A stretch of DNA of 59,091 nt from Octopus bimaculoides. Taxonomy: Eukaryota. Numbering within the stretch: the stretch's first letter is position 1; each line of letters begins with the position of its first letter. The DNA lies in assembly GCF_001194135.2 (NCBI RefSeq), contig NC_069008.1, forward strand, positions 15,032,211 to 15,091,301, in the 5' to 3' direction. Below the pieces are notes generated by a model that was given only the letters and a program-made list of their open reading frames with translations, was not told the DNA's origin and searched no databases. The position numbers and the translations under genes are program-made. This document shows positions 1-14,330 of the stretch, in pieces.

Positions 1-141
1 TAGAGAGACAGACAGACAGACAGACAGATAGCTCCGGCCAGTCAGTAGCCAAAGAAACAGATTTCAACTCAAACCAGCAGTAACGTTCCTTGTTTGGATT
101 TTTCTACTTTCATTTCTGACAGCTAATACCATGACAGTGCC
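1..141. mobile_element. Terminal arm of a GGCAC-ended MITE (same family as 44436-45006)
   Basis: GACAGACAGATAGCTCCGGCCAGTCA...CTGACAGCTAATACCATGACAGTGCC matches the right arm at 44860-45006. Confidence 0.75.
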
Positions 142-574
142 GAAAAGAATATTCGACACTTTTTGCAAATTCTGAGATGTCGTCTGCTCCGAAAGTCACG
201 TGATATTCACTCGTTCTCCCCTCCCACTTATACTCTTATTTTCACTCCTTCCCTTATATGAGGTCCTCATCGAAATTACACTCAAGAATAACGGAATGTC
301 TACAAAAGTTGAAACTTTTATTGTTTTTGTAAAATAGAGACTAAGTTACTTGAAGTATATGTATTATAGGCATTCTTTCGTATTATACATACATGCATAC
401 ACACACATATATACATACGTACATGTATCTTTTTTCCATGTCTCAATACGTACATTAATACACACGAACGCGCGCGTGTGTGTGTGGTATACCTATGCAT
501 AAGATACAGTATGTGTATATAGACATATATATATATATATATATATAAGCCCGTCCTATGTATGTATATATATG

Positions 575-950
575 TCTGTGTTTGTACCCCCACCCCCGCT
601 TGACAACCGATGTTGGTGCGTTTATGTCCCGCAACATAGCGGTTCAGCAACTAAGGCCGATAGAATAAGTACTAGGCTTACAAACAATAAGTCCTGGGGT
701 CGATCTGTTCGACTAAAGGCGGTGCTCCAGCATGGCCACGGTCAAGTGACTGAAACAAGTAAAAGAATGAAAGAATATTCTTCCGCTTGTTTCAGTCATT
801 TGACTGCGGCCATGCTGGAGCATCGCCTTGAGTTGAACAAACCGACCCCAGGACTTATTCAATTCTTATTCTATCGTATCCCATTGCCAAACCGCTACGT
901 TACGGGGACGTAAACACATCAGCATCGGTTGTCAAGGGTGGGGGAAGAAA
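575..950. mobile_element. Two tail-to-tail SINE 3' portions forming an inverted repeat
   Basis: CTTGACAACCGATG (599) pairs with CATCGGTTGTCAAG (923); GCGGTGCTCCAGCATGGCC pairs with GGCCATGCTGGAGCATCGC; same family recurs at 21660-21830 and 50390-50560. Confidence 0.75.
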
Positions 951-1219
951 CACACATATATATGAGCACTCGCATGGAACCGAGAGTTTAAATACGGTCC
1001 TTCTATAGCATTTATATAGCGTTACCTGTCACCTTGGTTCTTCTGTATATCAGTACCTCTCATTCATATATATATATATAATACAAATATATGAGTATAT
1101 GCATATATACATATATGTATGTACATACCTACATCTACATGTATATATAGATGCATATCTGGTTACAGGACGTAGCAAAAAAAACGTGGACAAAATGATA
1201 AACGGAGTGCAAAAAACAC

Positions 1220-1530
1220 ACAGGCCCCTTTCGGGGTCGATAAATTAAGTACCAATTAAGCACTCGGGTTGATGTAACCGACTTAATCCCTTTGTTTGTC
1301 CCCTCTATGTGTAGCCCCTTGTGGGCAATAAAGAAATAAGAAACGTTAGCACGCTGGACGAAATGCATAACGTTATTTCGTCTGCCACCACGTTCTGAGT
1401 TCAAATTCCGCCGAGGTCAACTTTGCCTTTCATCCTTTCGAAGTCGATTAAATTAGTTCCAGTTACGCACTAGGGTCGATATATTCGACTAAACCCCTTC
1501 CTTCAAATATGAGGCTTTGTGCTTCTAGTA
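1220..1530 (+). mobile_element. tRNA-derived SINE fragments (two tandem pieces)
   Basis: B-box-like GTTCTGAGTTCAAATTCC and body GCCTTTCATCCTTTCG; homologous to 55455-55688 and 57799-57960. Confidence 0.75.
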
Positions 1531-1563
1531 GAAAGGATTATTAGTGTATTACACACACACACA

Positions 1564-1598
<35 letters not shown>

Positions 1599-1672
1599 CT
1601 TCTTTTGCAATATAGGGCTTGCAAAGGGGGGTAACAGGTGTCAAGTGACAGAAGTAGCGTGTATCAAAATAT

Positions 1673-1854
1673 CGCATGCGCGCTATCCTACTTCCGTTTC
1701 TGACATGCGAATATTGTTGTTTGCTTGAAATTCTTTTTATCAACATTTAATACATTTATAATATTTATAATGCACATTAGTAATACATTTCTCAACCACT
1801 ACACTCACGCTTGTAACAATTCTATCCTTTATAAAGAAGAACATTTCCGTAAGT
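1673..1854 (+). promoter_or_regulatory. ZNF1 promoter motif, non-coding exon 1 and donor
   Basis: CGCATGCGCGC at 1673, ETS-like ACTTCCG, donor CC|GTAAGTATT at 1849; homologous to the other eight modules. Confidence 0.65.
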
Positions 1855-3078
1855 ATTAAACTTCGAAAATAGTTTTTAATTTTGTAGACGTTCGGTTTTG
1901 GCGCGTCGATTCTTTGTTTCTCTTCAATCTTTCATGAATGAAGATGTTTATAATTTGTGCGAGATTTGGTCACTGTCTCCGTACTACTTAAATACAGAGG
2001 TCCCGACGCATCNNNNNNNNNNACAGACTCGCAGTCGACGAAAGGGAAACCGAGGTAAGGCGATTACATCTATTCGCACGCATACACCACAGCGGGTAAG
2101 AACAAATATGCAAGGCTTTTTTTCTTCAAGTTTAAAATGAGACATTGCTGGCATAATTTCCTTATATCTGTAATCCACAACCCATAAATACATAAAAACA
2201 GATCGGACAAGAACAAGCTCGTACACACAATCCATTAGTTTTCTTCCCCCATTTCACCAACTGTCGCGAAGGTATCTGTTACATACGATTTTTGGCATAA
2301 CTACAGGGTTTTAGCACCCAGACTTTGGGAGGTCATAACTTTCAGAAAAATGAATATTTTTTAATGAAATTTTCTATGCATATAGTATTTACTATGTAGA
2401 ATCTGAATGGGGGTGGGGACCATTTTCGGAAACTCCAACAGAGTCCACTTAAATTCTTCTTAACTTCCAGGAAAATTAATATTTTTTCAAGAAATTTTCT
2501 ACAAATATACCTTGATGTATGTACATTTCGAGCATGTAGGAATTTTGAAGGAAACAACTGCAGGTTATTTTTGAGAAGCGTTCCCCACTCGGTGGTGTTT
2601 CGGAGCAAGTCGTCCATATTTGTTTAATTTTTCTCTATTATGTGCGTATGTGCATCCGTAGATTTCTAGACAATAAAGAGAAACCGTCATAAGAAAACTT
2701 TCGTTCAAAATCACATGCACACGATTTTTTTTTTCTCAATAGAAGTAAATTCCAAAGTAAATGTTTCTAGTAGAGAAGTAGAAGAGAACAGGAGCAAAAA
2801 TAGGAATATACACGCACGGTTAAATATAGAAACTATCACAGTGTCGCTTCCCGAAGAATTTTTAAATGTTAGCTTTCCGAAACTTTTTTTTCAATCTTGC
2901 AAAAACACGAAGATTAAGAATAAACAGAAAAAGTACACAAATATATTTTACACACCTGTCGTATACGTCGGTTTTGTTTTTTTCACTTTAAAGGTGGATT
3001 AATCCCAACAAAATAACATAACAATCTTAGAATAATCGTGGACTATCATTCAATTAGGAAAAGCTGGAGACAACATTC

Positions 3079-4310
3079 AGTACTACTTAAGAAGAGTGAA
3101 CCCTAGTCAGTGGATGCGCCTCTCTACGCTAGTCAGTGGACGGACGTACGCACGCACAAGTCAGTGGCATCCATGATATAAAAAAGAACCCTCTACATAT
3201 GTAAATATGTGTAAACATACTCTTCAATATGCGTTTTGCATTTTCCCAGTAACATTCAACTGAGATGGTATGTACTGTAGTTACTGTATTCACTTTGAAA
3301 TGGGAATACCGTGGTCCGACATCAGTTTGTTTTGCGACCAACGCAAAACGAAGGGAATTTTGTGTCGAAGGCAATCATTTGACCATGATTCCAACGGTCA
3401 AATTGTTCCCTTTTGCGTACGTGTGCACAACCCTAAAAGAGAATCATTTGAGCAGCGCAAATCATCGTGTGTTCGTGAAACTGAAAATGTGTACGCCACT
3501 TGAAGCTTGCTCTAGAGAAAATAAAGGATTTTTTTGAAAACAAACGGCATTATTGCCACCAGTAAAACGTGTGTTTGCACGCGTGATATGACTTTGAAGA
3601 CGTCGGCCAGATCGGTGGATGGATTTGTGTAGCGATGCGGAAATTGTGAGGAAAATATTTCTATAAGGACAAAGACTTTTATGGAAAAGTCAAAGTTCTC
3701 CTTACAGAATATATTTCCCATTGTCTTCCATTTCATGTTCGAAGCACTTATATCTAATGCGGCTTTATATACCGGAGTAGATAACAAAACCGCAATCCAG
3801 TGGTATGAGTTTTGTCGAGAAGTGTGATCGGGGAAGATGCTTCAAGACAAAGCTCCGCTTGGTGGTCCAGGTCATGAAGTAGAAATAGATGAGTTTGCTC
3901 TTCAAAAGGAAGAGCAACGTAGGGAGGATAGGCCATCAAACCTGGGTTGTGGGGTGCTATGACACCACTGTGAAAAAAGTATTTCTACAGCATGTACTCA
4001 ACAGAAGTGCAGCAACACTAGAAGCTGTGGTAATAGAAAATGTGTTGCCTGGTACTGTAATACATACAAACAAATGGGCCAGCTACAGGAACTTACAACA
4101 GCTGGGTTACATTCACGAACAGTTAACCATTCGCAGAATTTCGTGGACCCTGAAAATTGTGTTTGCACAAACCACATTAAGGCCTATTGGTCCCGTATCA
4201 AAAGACGGCTAAAGTATGCGACTCGATCATTGGGCGATATGAAATGGTCCCGTGTCGATGAATTGATGTATCGAAAAATGTATGGATTTACTGCAAAGAC
4301 AAACTTCTAA
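3079..4310 (+). mobile_element. Decayed Merlin (IS1595/ISXO2-like) DNA transposon with broken DDE transposase
   Basis: Pieced frames give GGPGHEVEIDE, VLPGTVIHT-WASY and TVNHSQNFVDP...TNHIKAYWSRIK, with stops and frameshifts; left end AGTACTACTTAAGAAGAGT resembles the GGTACTAC terminus at 56596. Confidence 0.85.
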
Positions 4311-4479
4311 AATTTCTATACATTTCTCAAACACATTGTGAAAATTTATCCCCCCTACAGTCCACTGGCGCGGCTTCCCCGAACACACTTCTCGACAAAA
4401 CTCATATTTTTTGTAACTTTCCAAAAAAACTTTAATTTCACTGCAGGAAATTACTCTTTGTAGATAGGTGAGTAGATTG

Positions 4480-5142
4480 GGATCTTTCTGGTTTGACGGG
4501 CAACACTTGTTTTCTTAACGAAACACTTTCAAACTTGGGACACTGGTAGAATGTGTCATATAAAACAACTTCTTCTCTTAACCTTCTTAACAAAAAATTG
4601 TACATCGCAAGTTATTTCATGTTAAAGTTGTCGTATTTCTGTAATTTCAACCAATCACTGACGTCTATTCAGCTGAATACAGTTACTGCTGTTCGGTGTC
4701 AAGTGTTATTCCCTGTTTAATTATATCATTATTCCCTAGTAAGGGTTTTAGGGTTAGAGTTAAGGTTATGGCAAAAATAATCATAACCCTAATCGTAATC
4801 CTAAAACTAACCCGAACACTAACCCTAAAACCCTAAAGCTAAAACCAGTACAAACGATGTCATAAATAACAGTGACAAACGAAATATATACCACTGATAG
4901 TTGTTGACAACGGATAGTTTTTGTTGACAAACAACGGCACTAATTTTATTCAAGGGAAAAAATCCCGTAACACCGTTGTTTACATTCCACGGCGTAATTG
5001 TTTTCACCTCAATAGACGTCAGTGATTGGTTGAAATTACTGAAATACGACAATTTTTTTACATGAAATAACTTAGAATACAAAATTTTTTATCTGTTCTA
5101 TAACACAAAATATACAAGTATTCAAAGTTTGAAAGTGTTTCG
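4480..5142. mobile_element. Unclassified inverted-repeat DNA element with a TTAGGG-like core
   Basis: 4519-4536 pairs 18/18 with 5125-5142; 4611-4669 pairs with 5011-5071; related arms at 16105-16310 and 56761-56822. Confidence 0.7.
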
Positions 5143-7074
5143 GTACCAAAAACACTACATAAAAAAATGTTTCTTTCATTATGTTATCGCGGTTTTGTGA
5201 GATTTGGCTGTTATTTCTAGCATGTGAATAGCTTGCTTGAAGGCCAAGGCCATAGAATCGTGAGGAGAGGGAATTTTTTTTTTTAATTGAAATTTTACAA
5301 ACAATTTATTTTCAGCATCATAATCTCTATATTTTTGTGTGTATTTTGCAAAAAAAAAAAATTTCCAGTAAAAGTGAAAAATGAAGAAATGGAGAGGTGG
5401 GTGGGTGAATTGAAATTTTCTCCCCATAGAAATATATTCATGAAATGAACAATACAGGCATGCCTGTCTTGATTCCCTAATATGCCATCTCGAACTCTAA
5501 AGTGGTGAACCTGATGTTGGAGAAAAGCCAAAACATTTCTGATGTGGCAATACAGAGCATCATAACAGCGACATTTCTGTCCCCAGATTTGCACACTCAG
5601 GAAGTAACAGTGGCGCTGCTTTCAATAGCTGCTGTTTCTCATACTCTTCCAATCTTCTGTGTAACCCATGTCCAGGAAAACAGTGATGATGACAATGATA
5701 ACATTCTGCAAAAGAAGTCCATGCTGAGAGAAACCCCTCCATAAATGAAATATAATTAAGTCATCTTATGATTTAAAAAGGCACCTTTTCCATGCTTGCC
5801 TGGCTCAGTCAGAATTCATAGAGGCAGAAGTTTGAGCGAGGTGTCCTTACTGTCACCTCCCAAGCAAGGTAATATTCATCCATGTCAAGACATGCTTTCA
5901 TGGAAAATGGGAATCAAATGACATTTTGATGCTTGTTTACATCTATCATGGGATGTGGGAACAAGAACACACACACACGTGCGTAAAAGGATTCTTTCAG
6001 TTTTCATTTACCAGATCCACTCATAGAGCTTTGGTTGCACTGATGCTAAAGTATAAGGTGCTACACTGTGGGACTCAATCCCAAATCACACTTATTAAAA
6101 ACTGTCAGGCCAGTTGTATTTTTTGTGAATGCTTGTTTTGTGTTTTTCTCATTTAATTGTCTTTTCTTCATTCATCAATGTTTATTTTTGTTGAATCTAT
6201 CATAAAAGTTGTAGGTCCTGTGTAAACAACCTGATTATGATCATAGCTCTCTCTCTGTTATCACATGATCTGCTAGAAATAATAGCATATCTCCCTTTAA
6301 TTTCACCTTTGAGAATATTGAAGACTATTGGATGATGTAGTCCTAGATATACAATGCTTGAGAGAAGGACAAAATGTTCATAGATGGAATGTCTTTAATC
6401 ATATTTCTGCTCAGTTAGGGTTGTCTTCAGGCCAAACACCAATGTCATATTATATGTCTGGAGAAAGAAGATTGTTATTGTCCACTGTTTTCTAGTTTAA
6501 TCTAAATAATATACAATGTGAAGGTGTAGCTGTGGTTTACAATTATGTAAGCTATACACGAGATTCTGTGATGTAAATTTTAAGACATTAAAAAGTACAG
6601 TTGTTCAGGTAAATGTTTATTTCTAAGATTTATCTCTATAGAAATGTTCTAAATTTTGCACTGTTGAATCTGTACTTTGAAAGCAGCTGCTATATCTAAA
6701 CTGTTGTTTCTTTATTATTTCAGAATATCAGATGACATTGGCATAACAGACGATACATTCTCAATATTTATCATCTTTTGAAACGGAAAGAAAATGATAT
6801 ACAAAACAGATATACAACACTTTCTATGAATGTGCTGTGGTTTCTGTGAAATATTTGTTCTAATCTGATATTGTTACAAGATATTTGCACTTCACTGATT
6901 GGAGTACTAAGAAGATGAGTTTGTGTGCTGAGTAAACTTTGATACATCTACGTAAGTGTTGCTAGAGAAAGGAAGCAGTGGACAGAAATACAGAAGTGGA
7001 AGTATTTCTAAGATCAAACGATCAGAAGAAAAACAAGGAAAGTATATTTATAGTGTGATTTGAGAAGAATAATA

Positions 7075-9150
<2,076 letters not shown>

Positions 9151-9699
9151 TTTTGTAATAAACATCCTTTTTTTTTTTTTAATATTACTGTGTTTCGTGT
9201 AATTAACATTACAATTCCAAAAATTTTGTTTTTGTTTTTAAACTTTCTTACAGCTCTATCTCTAGCTTCCATTCCCATTTCATTTCCCATGATGTAGGGG
9301 ACCTCTATACTGAAATTACTCCTCCTGGCAACCTTACACCTGGCTCTTTGTTGAATATCACTTCCCTGATTTACTGTATACATTATTAAATTTTAACTAC
9401 TTCACTCATTAAATGTTAACAGTTATGCCTTTTTAAGACACAGGAATGCAGTAAATTTGTCAAATATATAAACAATGACTTCCAGTTCAAAATGGAAGAC
9501 ACCACAAAAACACTTGTGGCATAACTATGGTTTAGGGCCCTACAACAAACTGTTTTCTTTTAACTTTCTGAAGAATTGTTTTTTAAATTAAACTTAGCTG
9601 ATTTAAGTTTTCAAGGGTCTAGATTACAATTATCTTCATAAAATTAAGGAAAAAAGTTTTCCAAGGGGATTGAGATCCTTCTGAACTCCACCCTGTTTT

Positions 9700-10830
9700 T
9701 GTCAGGGTCATATGCTTGAAAAGAATTTAGCGACAGATAAACCTTTTATCAACATGGAGAAAGCTGTTGACAGGGTACCTCACTCCCTTATCTGGTAGTC
9801 AATGTGGAAGCTGGGAAGAGATGAGTGGTTGGTGAGTACCATACAAGCTATGTACTTGGATAATGTCAGTAAGGTAAAAGTTGGCAAAGAGTATAGCACT
9901 GAATTTAGTGTACAGGTAGGAGGCCACCAAGGATCATTTCTCAGCTCCCTCTTATTTATCATAGTTCTTCAGGCCATAACAGGAATTTAAGGCTGAATGC
10001 CCTTGGGAGCTCGTCTATGTCTGTGACCTTGTTCTTATAGCTAACTCTTTACTCGAGTCAGAACAAATTTTAAGTGCGGACACAACGCCTGGTATCAAGG
10101 TGCTTTGAGTTAATTTACGAAAGACCAAAGTCCTAGCAAGTAGGAAAGCAGACAAATTCCTAATCTCTTGAAGGAGATGTCCTTGATTGATATGTAGAAA
10201 ATGTTTTGGCAGAAATTCCATACTGTGTGAGCTATGGAGAAAAGAGCTGAAACAGTATCACTGGAAGGTTAACAGAAAGGAATTTTTGTGTGTGACAGAT
10301 GTGCTAGTATAATAAACATTAAGAATGTACAAGAAATAGACTTCTTCAAATGTCCAAAGTGTCGTTAGAAGTAGTAGCTTCTGTTACCTAGGCAACCAAG
10401 TTGGCAGTGGTAGACGATGCACTGCCAGCCAGGCAAAGTTCGGAGAGTTATTACCTTGTTTGGTATGAAAAGGGCCTCTCTCTCAGAGTTAAAGGTAGAT
10501 TGTATAATGTCTGTGTATAACCAGCTACACTCTGTAGCAGAAAGTTGTGGGCTGTGTAATGCTTGAAAGAAAGAAATCCAGAATGTTTCGCTGGATGAGC
10601 AGTGTCAGTGTGCATGCATGACAGCATAAATGTTTTAAGAGAAAAATTGGGTATGAGGCATCAGATGTAGTTTGCAAGAGAGAAGATTGTGTTAGTATGG
10701 TTGTGTGATATGTGTGGATGAGGAAAACTGCATAAAGGAGTGCCTATCTCTAATTGTGGAGAGAACCTTTGGAAGAGGAAGATATGAGAGATAATCTTCA
10801 GATGTTGATTCTCACTGGGAAGATGACAAG
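9700..10830 (+). mobile_element. Degenerate RTE-clade LINE, reverse-transcriptase region
   Basis: Translates to MEKA-DRVP, DEWLVSTIQAMY, VGGHQGSFLSSLLFII and CPWELVY; many stops. Confidence 0.8.
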
Positions 10831-11289
10831 GGACAGAGACATCTGGTGATTTGCTGCGCTTTGGAAGACACATCATGCTAAGTAAAACTGTGGCATACAT
10901 ACAACCAAGTCCTTATGGTCATGACACAACTTTTACCCCATGGCCCATTTTCCCCCACCTGCTGCTGGCCTCTTCATACTCCCTAATATTCTTACCCATA
11001 CACTCACTATGCCCTCACATATCTACCATAGCTACACTCTAGTCACTCCAATTTCTCACACCATCCCTTGCTACAGTCACTTCCCCTCTGTACCTTATGG
11101 GTGTGTCTACATGCATCTCTGTCACCAACTTCTGCTTTCTCTCTCACGCACACACTATATCTCATCTCTCTCTCTAGCATTCTTCTTTCTTTTTCTGCTG
11201 GGGTGTCCAATTGCCCTTTACTTTATTTAACATCTCAACATGCGTAAAACTACCTCCTTAAGTATCACTCCCTTTCCTAGTTACAGGGT

Positions 11290-11460
11290 TTTTGTCTAAC
11301 AAGTTGCTTGGTGACCCTGCTGATGGTGGTGCTACATAAAGAGCATCCAAACTCTCTGTAAAGTGGTTGGCATTAAGAAAGGCATCCAGCTGTAGAAACC
11401 ATGCCAAAGCAGGCAACAGGGCCAAGTGTAGTTCTCTGGGTGCCAGCTCCTGTCAAACCC
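11290..11460 (+). mobile_element. Abundant retroposon 3' segment (GTGGTTGGCATTAAGAAAGGCATCCAGCTGTAGAAAC family)
   Basis: Related motif recurs at ~11760, 13560, 25980, 34650 (-), 38320 (-) and 38620. Confidence 0.6.
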
Positions 11461-14330
11461 ATGAAAAGAAATTTGAAATCAGCTTCATTGTACACCCTAT
11501 GAATTCAATTCACCCTTCTCAAGTCCTTCCCCAAATGTCCATCACTCTGGAGATGTATATAATTATTATTTATTTTATTATTACCGTTGTAATTAATTAA
11601 AACCCAAGAAGACATGGGACGAGGTGGTGAAGCATGATCTTTAGATGTTGAGTCGATCAAGACCTTTGACGAACTTACTGTGCTTAAGAAGACATGTCAA
11701 GTCAGGTGAAATTGTAGTCGTGGCCAGTGGTTTTGACATGTAAAAGACACCCACTACACTCTTGGGGTGTTTAGCATTAGAAAAGGCATCCAGAATTACT
11801 CTGAAGGATCATAAGGGAAGCTTCCTAACTAACCCCAAAGTTAGACTTATATGCCCCAGAAAATCTGACATAGGTATATTAAGTTTTTCTAAAATCTGTA
11901 AAAGATCTCAGAATTTTGAACCTCCCTTTAGGCCTTTTTTTCGATGCCCTTTAAACCTTTCAGCATCCCCTCTTATATACGTATTTATCTATATTTGTAT
12001 GTATGCATGAGAATGAGAGACAGACAGACAGAAGGAGAGAGAAATGGTATATCTACCATTTCATGCCACACTGAATATTTTCCCCTTAACTTATGGAAAT
12101 TTTATATAATATTAATGAAATTTTGAAGAAATAAATTTTCCAGACATATTTAGTAATATGATAATAACATTGAAAATGAACAAAAATTAAGTAAAAGAAG
12201 AAAAATATCAATTTATTGAAGGTTGCTGTTCCAAATCGATGACGATGTGACCTGTGTAAATGTTTAAAAAGCTTAGATTGAAAAACAAAAATTGTTTTTA
12301 AGTTTTCTCATCGTTATTTTTTTCTATAATAAAATGTGTGAAAAATCTCAAGCTTTACTGAGATATTCCAACTTTATGTGAGCCTACAATTCCGAAAGTC
12401 TGTCTGTCTACCTACATACATACATAAATATGTGTGTGTGTCTGTGTGTATACGCATAGATATAGATATTTGCGTACACATACAGATTTATATAATGTAT
12501 ATATACATATATATTTGTATCTATATATATGCATAAACATATACACACAAACCAATCTCTGTTTGTGTTAATGATATCTTCTTCCATTCTTCCATGTTTC
12601 ATGAAACAGTTCATCGAAATAAAAATTACTTTACACAAACTGAAGCAGCGTTCATTTTACTCAGTTATAGGTTCCAAGTCTTCTCAATTTGATGTATTTA
12701 CTTTGAAATGAGAAGGAACAAAATTTGACAAATTCTGTAAAAAAAGAAAAACAAGATAAAATGCTTACCTTTATTGTTTGTTGCATCTTGTCTCGTTTAC
12801 TTTTCGAAGTTTTGAGAAGATGTCGTCTGCGCTGAAAGTCACTAGCACATATTACATCCTATTCCTTCCCAAATGACCCCCACCCCAAAACTACTTCCAT
12901 CCCTGCCCACACTATTTCAATCAATTACCACCTTTCTATGCATCCAACCACAGCTCTCTCTCTCTCTCTCTCTCCTTCCCTTATCTGCACCCTCCCATAT
13001 CTAGCATCATGACCTGTTATCTACCCTATACATTTCCCTGTTATAGCCTATTATCTACCCTATACATTTCCCTCTCCACTCATCCTACACCTTGCAAATC
13101 ATTCTCTTTTATTCTCCTCCCTGAGCTACTCCTATTTTCTCCCACCTTCCACATACAAGTATTTCCACCCTTACCCTTATTCATCACTCCCTACATTAAA
13201 CTCTACCAGCTCATTCTCCCTAACATTCTTATTAAAAACCCACCCTCTCATCCCTTCCCACCATCCATGTATTCTCTTATGCTCACCTTCTTTCTCCTTC
13301 AGAGTCTGCTCTAGTACCCCATCATTACCTTCCTCTTATTTCCTCTATAGCAAGACATCTGTGCTTGTCTCTCTATCAGACTTCAGACTTTCAAAACCTG
13401 GCATACAGTATCCACCTCCACCATCCTCTCCAAAATACTTCTTAGTAGTAGAAGCCTTTTCTTTTTTTCTGTTCTCTTCTGTTTTGCAAGTTACATAGCA
13501 ACCTCACAAGTCTCTATAGCATGAAAAAAAGCACAAAGTACATTCTATATTGTTGTTGATGTTAAAAAGGGTATCCAGTTGTAGAAATCATGTCAACGAT
13601 ATAGTACTGCAGCTCACCAGTTCCTTGTCAAACTGTCCAGCCCATGCCAGCATGGAAAGCAGATGTTAAATGATAACAACAATGTTTCTTATCATAGAAG
13701 CAAGGTAATACTTCCTTTTATAATTTCTGTATTTATTGCTAACACAATAACTGCACAGTGATATCACTTCAATTTGCAACTATTTACCTACAATGATAAA
13801 ATAAACATACTCATAATATATATATATATATATATATATATGCATTGATGTTCTGAAAAAAATTGATTCATGAGGAGTCATGATGAATAAAGCCTATAAC
13901 CATATTCACTAGTTGTTGCTTGTCTATATTTCACTTCTTTTTCTGAAGTAATTGATGCTTATTATCCCTGAAAATATTTTCTTCCTTGATAAGGTTTCAA
14001 AACAACAAATTCAAAGTCTAGAAGAAATTACTTTTATTAAAAATACTACATTGGTATGTTATCTCACCAATGTATACATGGTTGTAGTGATATAAAATAT
14101 AGTGTTGGGAGGCTGTTATCAAACTCCTTTCTTATCTAAAAACATTTGTAGTTATAGATGTCTTTATTCTTACTTTTTGTAAAAGAAATTTTGAGAGTAA
14201 ATCATGTCCTGGCATACTGTAAGAAGTAAATAAAAAGGGGTTGGCATCAGTAAATCTCAAACAACCTAAAAAATGGGAGACATATTGAGTGGATTTGTTA
14301 TTGGCATGGCTAAAAGGCACACGGTTACCC

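Noticed and set aside
3079-3210. Shared ancestral insertion with 56440-56596 in ZNF1 and ZNF9
   Set aside because: Same family and same gene-relative orientation, but the flanks are not homologous, so probably independent insertions.
6952-6957. GTAAGT donor inside the ZNF1 5'UTR
   Set aside because: Not conserved; paralogs have ATAAGT or ATAGGT at this position.
7060-7074. TTG starts given in the ORF track for ZNF1/2/3/5/8/9
   Set aside because: Bacterial-style start calls; the first homologous ATG is used instead.
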